A stretch of DNA of 64,000 bases from a virus, in the IMG/VR virus record IMGVR_UViG_3300031539_000002; one strand, written 5' to 3'. Below, one piece after another: positions 47,193 to 56,488 of the stretch. Below the pieces are notes generated by a model. The model saw only the letters and a program-made list of their open reading frames with translations. It had not been told where the DNA came from and did no database searches. The position numbers and the translations under genes were made by a program. Numbering within the stretch: position 1 is the stretch's first letter; each line of letters opens with the position of its first letter.

Positions 47193-50100
47193 GTGCCTGA
47201 CTTCGGTATCCGAACGGCTCTGTCGGAGTTCGGCAAGGCCGTCGAGGGCAAGAAGTTTAAGCACCCCGAAACGGGCAATCAAGTGCTGTACACCTCGTTG
47301 CCGATGCCGGAGCAACACCGCATCTACGAGCAGTGGCAGAGTTACCAGACGTTGCTCGACCAAGCCCCGAAAGAAGGGGCCAAGGTAGAGGACATCAAGC
47401 AGCTCAAGAAGGACGACTACATCACGGTCCAGGGGCCGCAGAGTCTGCTGCACGCACGCATCGTAGGGATGCACAACGGGCAGCCCACGGCGCAGAAGGT
47501 TGACGCCCGCACGGGGAAGCCTACCAAGGACCCTGTATTCTCGATTTCACAGAAGGCTCTGGACGCGTTCGAGGTTCGCAAGCGCGATGGAGAGGGTGCC
47601 AAAGGCCAAGGCAAGCCCAAAAAGAATCCCTTCAAGAACCGGGACTCGTGGGAATCCGTTGTGCTCGATGATGTGTACGAAGACGATGTCATTGCGTACA
47701 GCGTCGGCGGCAAGGACCGGATGGGACGGGTCACTCGCACGACCCCAGACGGCAGCCAGTTCTGGATTCAAGAAGTCGATCCGCGAACGGGCAAGGTCAA
47801 GGACAAGACTGAGCGATCGTTCGACCAATCGAAAATCACGGAGCGTGACGCGAAGCTCGTGGACGAGGATATCTGGGACGAGATCGGGGTCTCAGAGAGT
47901 GACTACTCAAGCGGCGGTGCGTGGCAATCGGGTTGGGGTGGCTGGAGCGGCGGGAAGCCCAAGAAACCCCCGAAGCCCCTGACTCCTGAGGAAAAGAAGA
48001 AGCTCGAGGAAGAGCGCGCAGCCAAGGCTGCTGCACGCAAGAAGGCCGTCGAAGAGATGGGCAAGACGGGCAAGCCCCTCAAGGAAACGAAGGACATCAA
48101 AGCCGGGGACGTTGTCTCCTACCACTGGGAAGGCGAGGTCTATCACGGGCGCGTCGTTGATGCGCGAGGCCACGAGTTCTTCACGATCGACATCGACCCC
48201 AAGACAGGTGAACTCAAGGAGCATGGCTTTGAGGAATGGCGCGGCCACTCGCTCAAGGGCAGCGACATGCACAAAGTCGACGAGGAGCACGTCCCCGAAG
48301 ACCCTGCTGAAGCCAATGAGCAGGCGCTGTACGAGGGTCTCCCCAAACTCGAAGAAGACGCCAAGAAATACTTCCGGGACGACAAGGACGCGAAGCTCGT
48401 TGACCTTGAAAAAATCACGCCGGCCAAGGTGCGGCTCAAGGGTGTCCTCAACGGCAACGACCTGCTCGCATCAGCGGCAAAAGGCCATGGGGGCAAACGT
48501 GCTCCTATCAGCCTGATCGAGAACGAGGACGGCACCTACACGGTGCGTGACGGCAACTCGACCTACAAGAACGCCGAGATCTCCGACTGGAAACAGATCC
48601 CCGCCATCATCAAGACGAAGGCGGAGTGGGACGCTCACGACAAGGCTGAGGAAGAACGCAAGAAGAAGCAGCAATCTTTGTGGCCCTCTCAAGGTCAGCA
48701 GCCGAAGGTGACGAAGGAGAAGCCCCCCAAGGAGAAGCCCGCGACGTTCCAAGGCGAAGTTCTCGAGAGCACCGAGGGGCTCGAGAAGGGCGACTTGTTC
48801 GGATACGAGTTCAAGGGCCATTGGTACGTGGGACGTGTGGACCGTCGCACGAAAGATGGCGGCATCCTTGTTGACTCGGTTCACCCCGAAAACGGCCGTC
48901 TCACTACTCTCAAGTACATCCAGTTTGAGGATGCAGACATGAAGGATGGGAAGGCCATGCGCCTTCCCAAGGACTTCGAGTTCCCCAAGAAGAAAAAGAA
49001 AGCACCCCTGAAGTTGCCCCCCAAAAAGAAGGACAAGGACAAGGGGAAGGGCAAAGGGAAACCCGGTAGCGGGAAGCCTTTCATGTTCGCCTCAAGGACG
49101 GCTGCGGGCGATGACATGCGAAGTGTCCTCGCAGACCTTCGCCAAGCTTATCGCCCACTCTGGCAGGACACCCCCGGCTACAAGACCGTCGTTGACATCG
49201 ATTCTGAGAAGGGCATTTCCCCCTCACAGACCGAGAGCACGGACCTGGACCGCGGCCAGGACAACATGGACTCGTCGTGGCCCGTGCAGGCCCCGCAGTC
49301 GCGTGAGAAGGAGCGCGCCCTTCCCCTGCCCTCGAACCACAGCAAGAACCGTGAAAAACGGATCGGCCCCACGACCATCAACAAGCCACGTCACGTCCCA
49401 GACCGCACCCTGTCTGTTCCTGGCGAAGAGTATGGGCACCCGACCAAGTACGACTACAACTTTCCTACGAGGCGCAACGAGACGCTCGCAGGAACCGATG
49501 ATGAGCTCGAGCCGGTTGCCAACGCTGGCCGTCAAGGCCCCTTCCCGGTAGAGCACCAGAGGAACCAAGGAGGAAGCGCGAAGATCGATTCAAGGGTCAA
49601 CTATCGCCGTGACCCCTCCAAGCGCATGCGCATGAAGCGTAAGTATCAGATGCGCGACAAAAGACAGCCGAAGGAGAAGCTCAAGGACAAGTACTATCGG
49701 ATGTACCCGCATCGCTTCAAACGGCGTGGCATCGGTTTCACGACCCCCGCAGAGCGTACGAAGGCGTGGCGCGAGGAGAACAAGGCCGACGACATTCGCA
49801 GTGGCGAAAAGGGCCGTAAGGAACGTCAGAAGGCGAAGGAGAAACGCCTCAAGGATCGTTTTGAGCAAAAGCAAGCTGGGCTTGAGTTTCTTGCGGAAGC
49901 GTTCGACCTACTCGGGCTCGATTTCATGGGCGCGAACTGGCCCATTGATTGGAACACCACCACCAAGCAGACAGGACCCCCGGCACAGCTCGACCAGAAC
50001 CACGGGAAAGGTGTTGATCGAGGCACCGGGACGCCGCGCACAGATCCTTCCAAGCAGGAGGGCGGGAGCCTTCGTGCCCCAAACCTGCCTGCCAAGCATC

Positions 50101-50939
50101 AGCCCGGGTTGTATACGCAGAATCTGCCCCCGGCTGCGGGAGCGATTGACATACCGACGACCAACAACCCGACCGATGGCTCGGGGAAGGTCCTCCCGAT
50201 GGAGTGGTACTCCGATGCCGTCAACAATACGCAGGCGATTCCCGACGGCCGCCAAGATCGATACGAGCGGAACAACAACTTCGACGTCAAGCAGGCCACG
50301 CGGAAGTTCATCCACGGGCTCTGTCACCCTGAGTTTGGTGTGGGGGTTCGTTCGAGCTTCGGGCCCGAGGGGGGTCATCAGCGCGTCGCCATGACGGTCG
50401 CTGACATCCTCAAGCGGTGTGACAAGAAGATCAAACTGCGGTCGAAGGAGTACACCCCGAAACTCGCCCGCACCGACACCAAGAATTGGATCTGGCACTG
50501 GAGCGTCGGAGACCACACGGTCCGCGTTCAGGCATTCAAACGAGGCAATGCCTCAAACTTTCCGAAACTCAATCTGAGAGTTTCATGTTCGTGCCCCTAT
50601 TGGCGGTGGTGGGGGCCGGCCCACTGGGCGACCAAGACGGACTATCAGAAGGGGACGGCTCCAGGGACGGCTGCGTACCCTCAGATCCGAGACCCGGCGC
50701 ACTGGAGGCCCGTCTGCAAGCACGCCTACGCCGTCCTTGAGAAGTCGCAAGACTTCTTTGTGAGGCCCAAGAAGAGTCCCCTGAGAAAGCTCGGTTCCCG
50801 GTTTTCAGTCGATAGCCCTGACGCAATTGAAGTCGTGATCGAGGAAGAACACATGGCAGCGCGCGTGGCGCAACGGTCGATGGAGCGCGACGTCATTCGA
50901 CGCGTGGCTCACCGGTACGTTGAAGGGGAGGAATCCTGA
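47193..50939 (+). CDS. 1248-aa modular protein: HPETGN motif, SH3/KOW-like repeats, ParB/Srx-like domain, C-terminal SWIM-like Zn finger
   Basis: KKFKHPETGNQV; APISLIENEDGTYTVRDGNST; LRVSCSCPYW..VCKH. Confidence 0.6.
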   Translation: MPDFGIRTALSEFGKAVEGKKFKHPETGNQVLYTSLPMPEQHRIYEQWQSYQTLLDQAPKEGAKVEDIKQLKKDDYITVQGPQSLLHARIVGMHNGQPTAQKVDARTGKPTKDPVFSISQKALDAFEVRKRDGEGAKGQGKPKKNPFKNRDSWESVVLDDVYEDDVIAYSVGGKDRMGRVTRTTPDGSQFWIQEVDPRTGKVKDKTERSFDQSKITERDAKLVDEDIWDEIGVSESDYSSGGAWQSGWGGWSGGKPKKPPKPLTPEEKKKLEEERAAKAAARKKAVEEMGKTGKPLKETKDIKAGDVVSYHWEGEVYHGRVVDARGHEFFTIDIDPKTGELKEHGFEEWRGHSLKGSDMHKVDEEHVPEDPAEANEQALYEGLPKLEEDAKKYFRDDKDAKLVDLEKITPAKVRLKGVLNGNDLLASAAKGHGGKRAPISLIENEDGTYTVRDGNSTYKNAEISDWKQIPAIIKTKAEWDAHDKAEEERKKKQQSLWPSQGQQPKVTKEKPPKEKPATFQGEVLESTEGLEKGDLFGYEFKGHWYVGRVDRRTKDGGILVDSVHPENGRLTTLKYIQFEDADMKDGKAMRLPKDFEFPKKKKKAPLKLPPKKKDKDKGKGKGKPGSGKPFMFASRTAAGDDMRSVLADLRQAYRPLWQDTPGYKTVVDIDSEKGISPSQTESTDLDRGQDNMDSSWPVQAPQSREKERALPLPSNHSKNREKRIGPTTINKPRHVPDRTLSVPGEEYGHPTKYDYNFPTRRNETLAGTDDELEPVANAGRQGPFPVEHQRNQGGSAKIDSRVNYRRDPSKRMRMKRKYQMRDKRQPKEKLKDKYYRMYPHRFKRRGIGFTTPAERTKAWREENKADDIRSGEKGRKERQKAKEKRLKDRFEQKQAGLEFLAEAFDLLGLDFMGANWPIDWNTTTKQTGPPAQLDQNHGKGVDRGTGTPRTDPSKQEGGSLRAPNLPAKHQPGLYTQNLPPAAGAIDIPTTNNPTDGSGKVLPMEWYSDAVNNTQAIPDGRQDRYERNNNFDVKQATRKFIHGLCHPEFGVGVRSSFGPEGGHQRVAMTVADILKRCDKKIKLRSKEYTPKLARTDTKNWIWHWSVGDHTVRVQAFKRGNASNFPKLNLRVSCSCPYWRWWGPAHWATKTDYQKGTAPGTAAYPQIRDPAHWRPVCKHAYAVLEKSQDFFVRPKKSPLRKLGSRFSVDSPDAIEVVIEEEHMAARVAQRSMERDVIRRVAHRYVEGEES

Positions 50940-51337
50940 TGCCCACCTACGACTACGAATGCCAGAGCTGCGAGCACCCGTTCGAGCTCGTGATGAAGAT
51001 GTCCGAGTACGACACGAAGATGAAACCCCCGTGCCCCGAGTGTGGTGCGGAGGAGAAGTCCATACGCATCTTCACGCCCCCGATGATCAACTTCTCAGGG
51101 GACGGGTGGGCGTCCAAGAACAACCGTATCGCCGGCCAGATGCGGGCGAAGAACCAGCGTCTTAAAATGAAAGAGCGTGAGCAGAAGGGAGACGGCATGG
51201 TTCCCTCCCTTGCTCCCAATGTCGGAGGGGAGCGCGTCGGTTCGTGGTCCGAAGCGGCCAAGCTCGCCCAGTCCAAGGGCAAGGACACGAGTGGCTATGA
51301 CTCTCGCGCCCGCAAAGAGAGGCCAGGTAGCTCATGA
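50939..51337 (+). CDS. FmdB-family Zn-ribbon protein
   Basis: MPTYDYECQSC..FE..CPECG..F.G.GW. Confidence 0.8.
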   Translation: MPTYDYECQSCEHPFELVMKMSEYDTKMKPPCPECGAEEKSIRIFTPPMINFSGDGWASKNNRIAGQMRAKNQRLKMKEREQKGDGMVPSLAPNVGGERVGSWSEAAKLAQSKGKDTSGYDSRARKERPGSS

Positions 51338-52116
51338 TCGGCATCCCCATCCCCAACATTTTGGATCGTGCGAAGGGACTCGCGCAGGTCCAGTTCATCA
51401 ATGACGAGAACATCCTGAGCTACCGCCTCAGGGTCTCCAACAGCCTCGACAACGCCTATGGTGCCTTCAACGGCGTCGGTGGCGTGGGTACGACTGCATT
51501 GTTCGATGTTGGTCGTGGGCGCACTTTCATCTCGAAGACGCTTCGGGGGAAGGGGCTCGGCATTTCGGGAGACATCACTCGAGGTCAGACCCGTGCGCAG
51601 TTCGACCCGAACGAGTACTTCGGTGTCTCGCCGGTGGTACCTCCTGACAGCAATCTTTGGTTCCTGCGTGTGCAGGTTTCGACGGTTGCCACGGCGGCTG
51701 CGGCCGGGAGCATTCCTGCGGGTTTCCCGGGTGGAGTCTTCCCTGGCGTCGCAACTGCAACGAATCAGTCGAAAATCCTCATCATGCGCGACCCCGACTT
51801 CCAGAGCGTCCCCCGGCCGGCTCTGTCGCTGTACGGGACGGCTCCTGATTTGGCAACGGCGGTTCCGGGTCTTCCTGCACCGCCTGAGGCCCTTGTCTTT
51901 GGTGTCCCTGCTTTTGCCGATGCCATCGTCATCACAAATCACGATGCGGCACTTCCGCTGTATTTCGCAGTGGCCGAAGATCAGCCCCTGATTCAGATCG
52001 ATCCGCAGACGAGCATTTCTCACGCAAGCGGCATGAAAGACGACCTGGTCATCTGTTCTACGGGTGGCAACCCCAATTTCTCGCTTCTGATCTCTACCGT
52101 GACGGGGCTGCGCTAG
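51334..52116 (+). CDS. Hypothetical, probable virion protein
   Basis: ATGA overlap; beta-rich; structural neighbourhood. Confidence 0.5.
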   Translation: MIGIPIPNILDRAKGLAQVQFINDENILSYRLRVSNSLDNAYGAFNGVGGVGTTALFDVGRGRTFISKTLRGKGLGISGDITRGQTRAQFDPNEYFGVSPVVPPDSNLWFLRVQVSTVATAAAAGSIPAGFPGGVFPGVATATNQSKILIMRDPDFQSVPRPALSLYGTAPDLATAVPGLPAPPEALVFGVPAFADAIVITNHDAALPLYFAVAEDQPLIQIDPQTSISHASGMKDDLVICSTGGNPNFSLLISTVTGLR

Positions 52117-52197
52117 CAGCGCCTTATCGGTTTTCGTTTTATAGGCGCCCCTAATACAGAGAAGGGCCCTCGTACCGGACACCGGAGGATTTTCACG

Positions 52198-52863
52198 ATG
52201 CCGTATATCATCATGCGTCGAGCCGACATCCCCAACGGGGTGCTGCAAGTCGACGATCTCAAGCCAAACGACTCCCAGCGGAACTACACGCTCGATCCTC
52301 CAGGTCAGAGCGGATACGTCCGTCAAATCCCAACCTCCGACACCGTCATCACGACGGGAGCAGGTCCCATCGTCACTGTGCGTGATGCGTGCGGGCTCGG
52401 GGCCTACTTCATCGACAACGTGGAAGACAGCTCGGGCACCGCGCTCACGGCTGCCGTCGCGAACGCGGCTGCGACTGCGGTCATCAGCTTGGCACAGTCA
52501 GGTGGGGCGCTCACGCTCGCTGCTGTGGACGCTGAGCTCGTTACCGCCGGTGCCACCGCAGGTACCGGTCTGACCGCGGGTGCTTCGACGGCCACGCTTG
52601 CCGAAGTGCTCGAGATCATGTCCGGGGCCAAGTACCAGCTTCCCGCTGGTGCTCAGGTCGAGGATGGCGGCAACGCTTTCGACCCTGTGCGAGCTGGCGC
52701 ATTTGCCACTACGCCGGGGGTCAAGCACATCCAGGCCACGGGTGCCTTCAACGTCAGCAATGGTGCTGGTGACCTGTTCGGCTACAAGAAGGCCAACTTT
52801 GAATACAACGGCGTATTCGCACCGGCTCTCCTCGTCCTCGCCGACGATGGAACCGTCCTGTAG
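52198..52863 (+). CDS. Probable virion structural protein, paralog 1
   Basis: MPYIIMRRADIPNGVLQVDDL.PN.SQRNY; GGAGG RBS. Confidence 0.6.
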   Translation: MPYIIMRRADIPNGVLQVDDLKPNDSQRNYTLDPPGQSGYVRQIPTSDTVITTGAGPIVTVRDACGLGAYFIDNVEDSSGTALTAAVANAAATAVISLAQSGGALTLAAVDAELVTAGATAGTGLTAGASTATLAEVLEIMSGAKYQLPAGAQVEDGGNAFDPVRAGAFATTPGVKHIQATGAFNVSNGAGDLFGYKKANFEYNGVFAPALLVLADDGTVL

Positions 52864-52875
52864 GAGGAACTGACG

Positions 52876-53913
52876 ATGCCCTACATCATCATGAAGCGTA
52901 GCGACATCCCTGATGGGACCCTCCAAGTCTTGGACATGGAGCCCAACACGTCGCAACGGAACTACACTATCGACGCTCCTGGTCAGACCAAGTACGTCAA
53001 CGCGGCTGTGAACGAGTCTGTCGTGACCACTGGTGCAGGACCCATTGTCATGCACCGGGCCGCTGACGGTCTGGCTGGCTGGATCATCACGAACCTCAAC
53101 GACGGCACCGGCGCCGCCGCTGTTGGTACGTTCACGGTTGTTTTTGCCACCCCGATCATCGCGGGTGACACCGTCACCGTGGGTCCTCAACTGTTCACTG
53201 CCGTTGCGGGTGCTCGAACCCCGGGCTCGAACGATTTCAGTATCGCTTCGGGAACCGACGCGGGCATCGCTACGGATTTGGCGGCGGCCATCAACGATCC
53301 ACTCAACAGTGGTGGCGTTCTGCCCCCTCTGGTGACCGCAGCTCCGGCTGCGGCGGTCGTCACGATCACCGCCAACATGGATGGCGCGGCAGGCAACCTC
53401 GTGCTCGCATCGAGCAACGGTGCTGGCTTCTCCCCTGTCGGAATGGCCGGTGGTGTTGACGCAGGTGCCGTCACGGCTGCGGATGCCAACACGGGTGCGG
53501 CTGCGGTCTTGGCTCTCTACGCTTTCGGTGATCTCACCAGCGCGGCGGGAACCTTGGCCATCGGCGACATCAACGGCGCGCTCGTCGGCGGTGCTGCCGT
53601 CACGGCTGCTCAGCTCCCGGTGGTTCTGAATCTGCTCGCGGGTGCCAAGTACGAAGTGCCTCGAGGCGTCCAGATCGAAGACGGCGGCGGTGTCTGGGAC
53701 ATCCAACCCCCGGTGGGTGCTGCTGGCGGCCCCGGATTCGTTGCGGGTAGCAACCGTGCCCTGTTCCTGAACGACGGACTGCCCCTCTCCTTTGTGATGG
53801 GCGAGCTCGCTGAGTTCACTTCCAACAGCTTCGTCTACGCAGGCGTTGCTGGAAACCCCAACGGTGAGGCCGTGGTCGTTTACAACGATGACGGAACCTT
53901 CTTCACCCCGTAG
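52876..53913 (+). CDS. Probable virion structural protein, paralog 2 (with inserted domain)
   Basis: MPYIIMKRSDIPDGTLQVLDMEPNTSQRNY; AGGAGG RBS. Confidence 0.6.
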   Translation: MPYIIMKRSDIPDGTLQVLDMEPNTSQRNYTIDAPGQTKYVNAAVNESVVTTGAGPIVMHRAADGLAGWIITNLNDGTGAAAVGTFTVVFATPIIAGDTVTVGPQLFTAVAGARTPGSNDFSIASGTDAGIATDLAAAINDPLNSGGVLPPLVTAAPAAAVVTITANMDGAAGNLVLASSNGAGFSPVGMAGGVDAGAVTAADANTGAAAVLALYAFGDLTSAAGTLAIGDINGALVGGAAVTAAQLPVVLNLLAGAKYEVPRGVQIEDGGGVWDIQPPVGAAGGPGFVAGSNRALFLNDGLPLSFVMGELAEFTSNSFVYAGVAGNPNGEAVVVYNDDGTFFTP

Positions 53914-53924
53914 GAGATACAACG

Positions 53925-54599
53925 ATGGCTGAAGTTTTCCTCATCATGCGTCGTGCCGACATCCCTGACGGGGTGTTGCAGGTGGTCGATCTCTGGCCGA
54001 ACACCTCGAGCAAAAACTACATTTACCAACCTGGCCTCGGCCAGACCGGGTACATTCACAACATTCCGGCACCCGCCATCGCGGCGAGTGTGGCAGCCGG
54101 ACCTCCAGTTGCAGCTACGGCTGACCTGACGGGTCTTGCGGCTTACCTGATCGGTAACCTCGACACGACTGCTGGCGTAGGCGGAGCGGTATACACCGGC
54201 GCTCAGGCAGACGCAGCGGCTGCTGCTTTGGTGGCCATCGCTCAAGCGGGCACGGTGCTCGACGCAGCGGCCGTGGATGCTATTTTGGCAGTCTTTGTGG
54301 CTGGCACCTCCCTCTCGGGAGGCGGCTCAACAGGCGTCCTCAGCGAGCTTCTGAGCGTCATGGCGGGCAATGGCTACATGATTGAAGCCGGTACTGAAAT
54401 CTCAGACGGTGGCGGTTTGTTCGCTGGTCGTGTGGGTGATTTTGTTGAAGGTGTTTACAAGCAGCTTTACGACATTGGGCAGTTCAAGTGTTCAAACTTG
54501 AACGGCAACGTGTCCCTGCTCAAGTCGGCGACTTTCACGTACGACGAGACCACGGGCGCTGCGGTGACCGTGTACAGCGCCACCGGCACGCTCCTCTAG
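53925..54599 (+). CDS. Probable virion structural protein, paralog 3
   Basis: FLIMRRADIPDGVLQVVDLWPNTS; C-terminal GTLL like paralog 1 GTVL. Confidence 0.6.
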   Translation: MAEVFLIMRRADIPDGVLQVVDLWPNTSSKNYIYQPGLGQTGYIHNIPAPAIAASVAAGPPVAATADLTGLAAYLIGNLDTTAGVGGAVYTGAQADAAAAALVAIAQAGTVLDAAAVDAILAVFVAGTSLSGGGSTGVLSELLSVMAGNGYMIEAGTEISDGGGLFAGRVGDFVEGVYKQLYDIGQFKCSNLNGNVSLLKSATFTYDETTGAAVTVYSATGTLL

Positions 54600-54605
54600 T
54601 TCAGT

Positions 54606-54651
54606 AGGGGCGGCTTGGTCGTTGTGACCTCGCCGCCCTTTCGTGCTTTTT
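54606..54651 (+). terminator. Probable intrinsic terminator
   Basis: GGGCGGC..GGTC/GACC..GCCGCCC stem, then TTTCGTGCTTTTT. Confidence 0.6.
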
Positions 54652-54694
54652 CCTCCCTTTCAAGGGATGGCTCAAACCAACGGAGACAAACAAA

Positions 54695-54961
54695 ATGGAA
54701 AATCAACAGCAGCAACAAACGGATGGGCACTACAGGACAAGTGACCTGTACTACGCGGCCTACCTCAAAGTGGCCGGGGTGAGTTTCGCGGGCACAAGCC
54801 GCGACGGTGGTCGGGTCTATTTCCTTTTTGAGGAAGGCGGCCCCGTGGCGATCAAAGAACTCAAACAGCAGTACTACAACCGAACGAGCAAAGTTGCCGC
54901 TTTGACGTATGCTGATGAAATCAAGGTCATGAAGGCCCTCACCCACGACAGGGGAAATTGA
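54695..54961 (+). CDS. Small protein (DUF5659-like)
   Basis: YRTSDLYYAAYLK..G..RVYFLF. Confidence 0.5.
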   Translation: MENQQQQQTDGHYRTSDLYYAAYLKVAGVSFAGTSRDGGRVYFLFEEGGPVAIKELKQQYYNRTSKVAALTYADEIKVMKALTHDRGN

Positions 54962-54964
54962 CGC

Positions 54965-55474
54965 ATGCGCCTCGAGCAGCTCATCACGGGAAACGACGAA
55001 GTCCAGCAGCATCTCGCCTCTGAGCGCGAGAAGCAGGGTCTGGTCGCCGTGTCCCCGAAGGCTCGCCAGGCGATCAAGCTCGAGATTCTTCCGCAAATTG
55101 AGGAGAGTGTGATCTCGGCCGAAGCGGCCGAGGAAATGTGCGAGGAAACGAAGCGGGCCATCGAGGCCGCCTTCTCGTACAAGAACCAACTCTACACGAG
55201 GCTCGTCAGCCACAAGGGTATCGAGCAGGGGGACGGCCAGTTCCTTGTGGATCTTCTCGTTGTCATGGACGAGTGGCTGCGCCACACGAGGGCAACCCTC
55301 AAGGACGATTCGCAAGAGAAGGTCCAAACCGAATCTAAGAAGCAAGAGGTTGAGGTCACGGTTAAGGTCGAGCAGGAGCCCGTGAAAGACGTGCAACTCA
55401 GCGACAGTGACCGAGGCCCCGTGATCGAAGTCGACCCTGCTGCTCTGTTTGAACTGGCCGATGTGAGGTTGTAG
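54965..55474 (+). CDS. Hypothetical protein
   Basis: 169 aa, acidic, helical. Confidence 0.55.
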   Translation: MRLEQLITGNDEVQQHLASEREKQGLVAVSPKARQAIKLEILPQIEESVISAEAAEEMCEETKRAIEAAFSYKNQLYTRLVSHKGIEQGDGQFLVDLLVVMDEWLRHTRATLKDDSQEKVQTESKKQEVEVTVKVEQEPVKDVQLSDSDRGPVIEVDPAALFELADVRL

Positions 55475-55476
55475 TC

Positions 55477-56382
55477 GTGCCGGTTTGTTTCAACGTCGGT
55501 TCGGAGCTGGGTCGTAACGACCTCTCCATCTTCCTCGTTGACGATCTCGGTGTTCCTTGCAACGCGGCTGAGATCTCCTACGCCATCTATTTCGTGGACC
55601 CGAGCTCAGGACCCCCCGGTATCGAGGTGCCGATCGGGCCTGCTGCCCGCACGCCCGTCAATCCTTCTGTGGGCGAGTACTACGCCGCGCTCCTTGTCCC
55701 TCCGGGGGCTTCGGAAGGTGACTACCGCATTCGGTGGACCTTCAAGAAGACCGTGAACGGTGATGACCAAGTGGTTGTCCAAGAGTTCGGAGTGACGAAC
55801 CCGGCCTCCCTGAGTAACGGCATGAGTCGGCTCTCTCAGTGTGAGTCAGGCCTGATCGACAAGCTCCGCGTCATGCTTCGGGACAACAACCCCGACCGGA
55901 ACTACCATTTCCGTCCTCCTGAGCAGGAAGGCGTCGTCAAGAAGTACAATCGAGTCTTCGGGTACGTCTGGGAGGATCACGAACTTCTGTGCTACCTCGA
56001 GATGTCGCTCGACTATTTCAACTCGATGCCGCCTTCAACTGGCATTGGCACACTCAATCAGCTCTGTCAGCAACGGCCTCAGTGGAGAACCTTCATCCTG
56101 TGGGGTGCTGCTGTTCACGCTCTTTTCGCTCTGAGTGTGAACTGGGTCCACGACGAGTTCGACTACAGCATCGGAGGCATCAGCCTCAGTATCGACCGCT
56201 CGAGCAAGTACGAGAGCCTCAAACAGAACGCTGAGGGGCAGCAGGACAAGGCAGCAGAGGCCAAAGCTCGCACCGTGAAGTTCATTCGTGGTCTCCAGCA
56301 ACCGAAATTCGGTTTCGGTGTGCGCTCAAGTTTCGGCCCCAATGTCGGACGCGGCGTTCTTTCTCCTCGTTCCTTCGTCTAG
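55477..56382 (+). CDS. Putative neck / head-completion protein
   Basis: Ig-like N-terminus, helical LIDKLRVMLRD domain and DYSIGGISLSIDRS..Y beta-hairpin like head-tail adaptors; position. Confidence 0.45.
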   Translation: MPVCFNVGSELGRNDLSIFLVDDLGVPCNAAEISYAIYFVDPSSGPPGIEVPIGPAARTPVNPSVGEYYAALLVPPGASEGDYRIRWTFKKTVNGDDQVVVQEFGVTNPASLSNGMSRLSQCESGLIDKLRVMLRDNNPDRNYHFRPPEQEGVVKKYNRVFGYVWEDHELLCYLEMSLDYFNSMPPSTGIGTLNQLCQQRPQWRTFILWGAAVHALFALSVNWVHDEFDYSIGGISLSIDRSSKYESLKQNAEGQQDKAAEAKARTVKFIRGLQQPKFGFGVRSSFGPNVGRGVLSPRSFV

Positions 56383-56488
56383 TCGAGTTTTTCGATAGGC
56401 GCAGTTTACGCCTCATCTTTTTCATCGGTTTTTGGTCGATAGGCAGGCGTAGGTAGGGATTCGTGCATCCCGCACCTGGACCTGCGCC

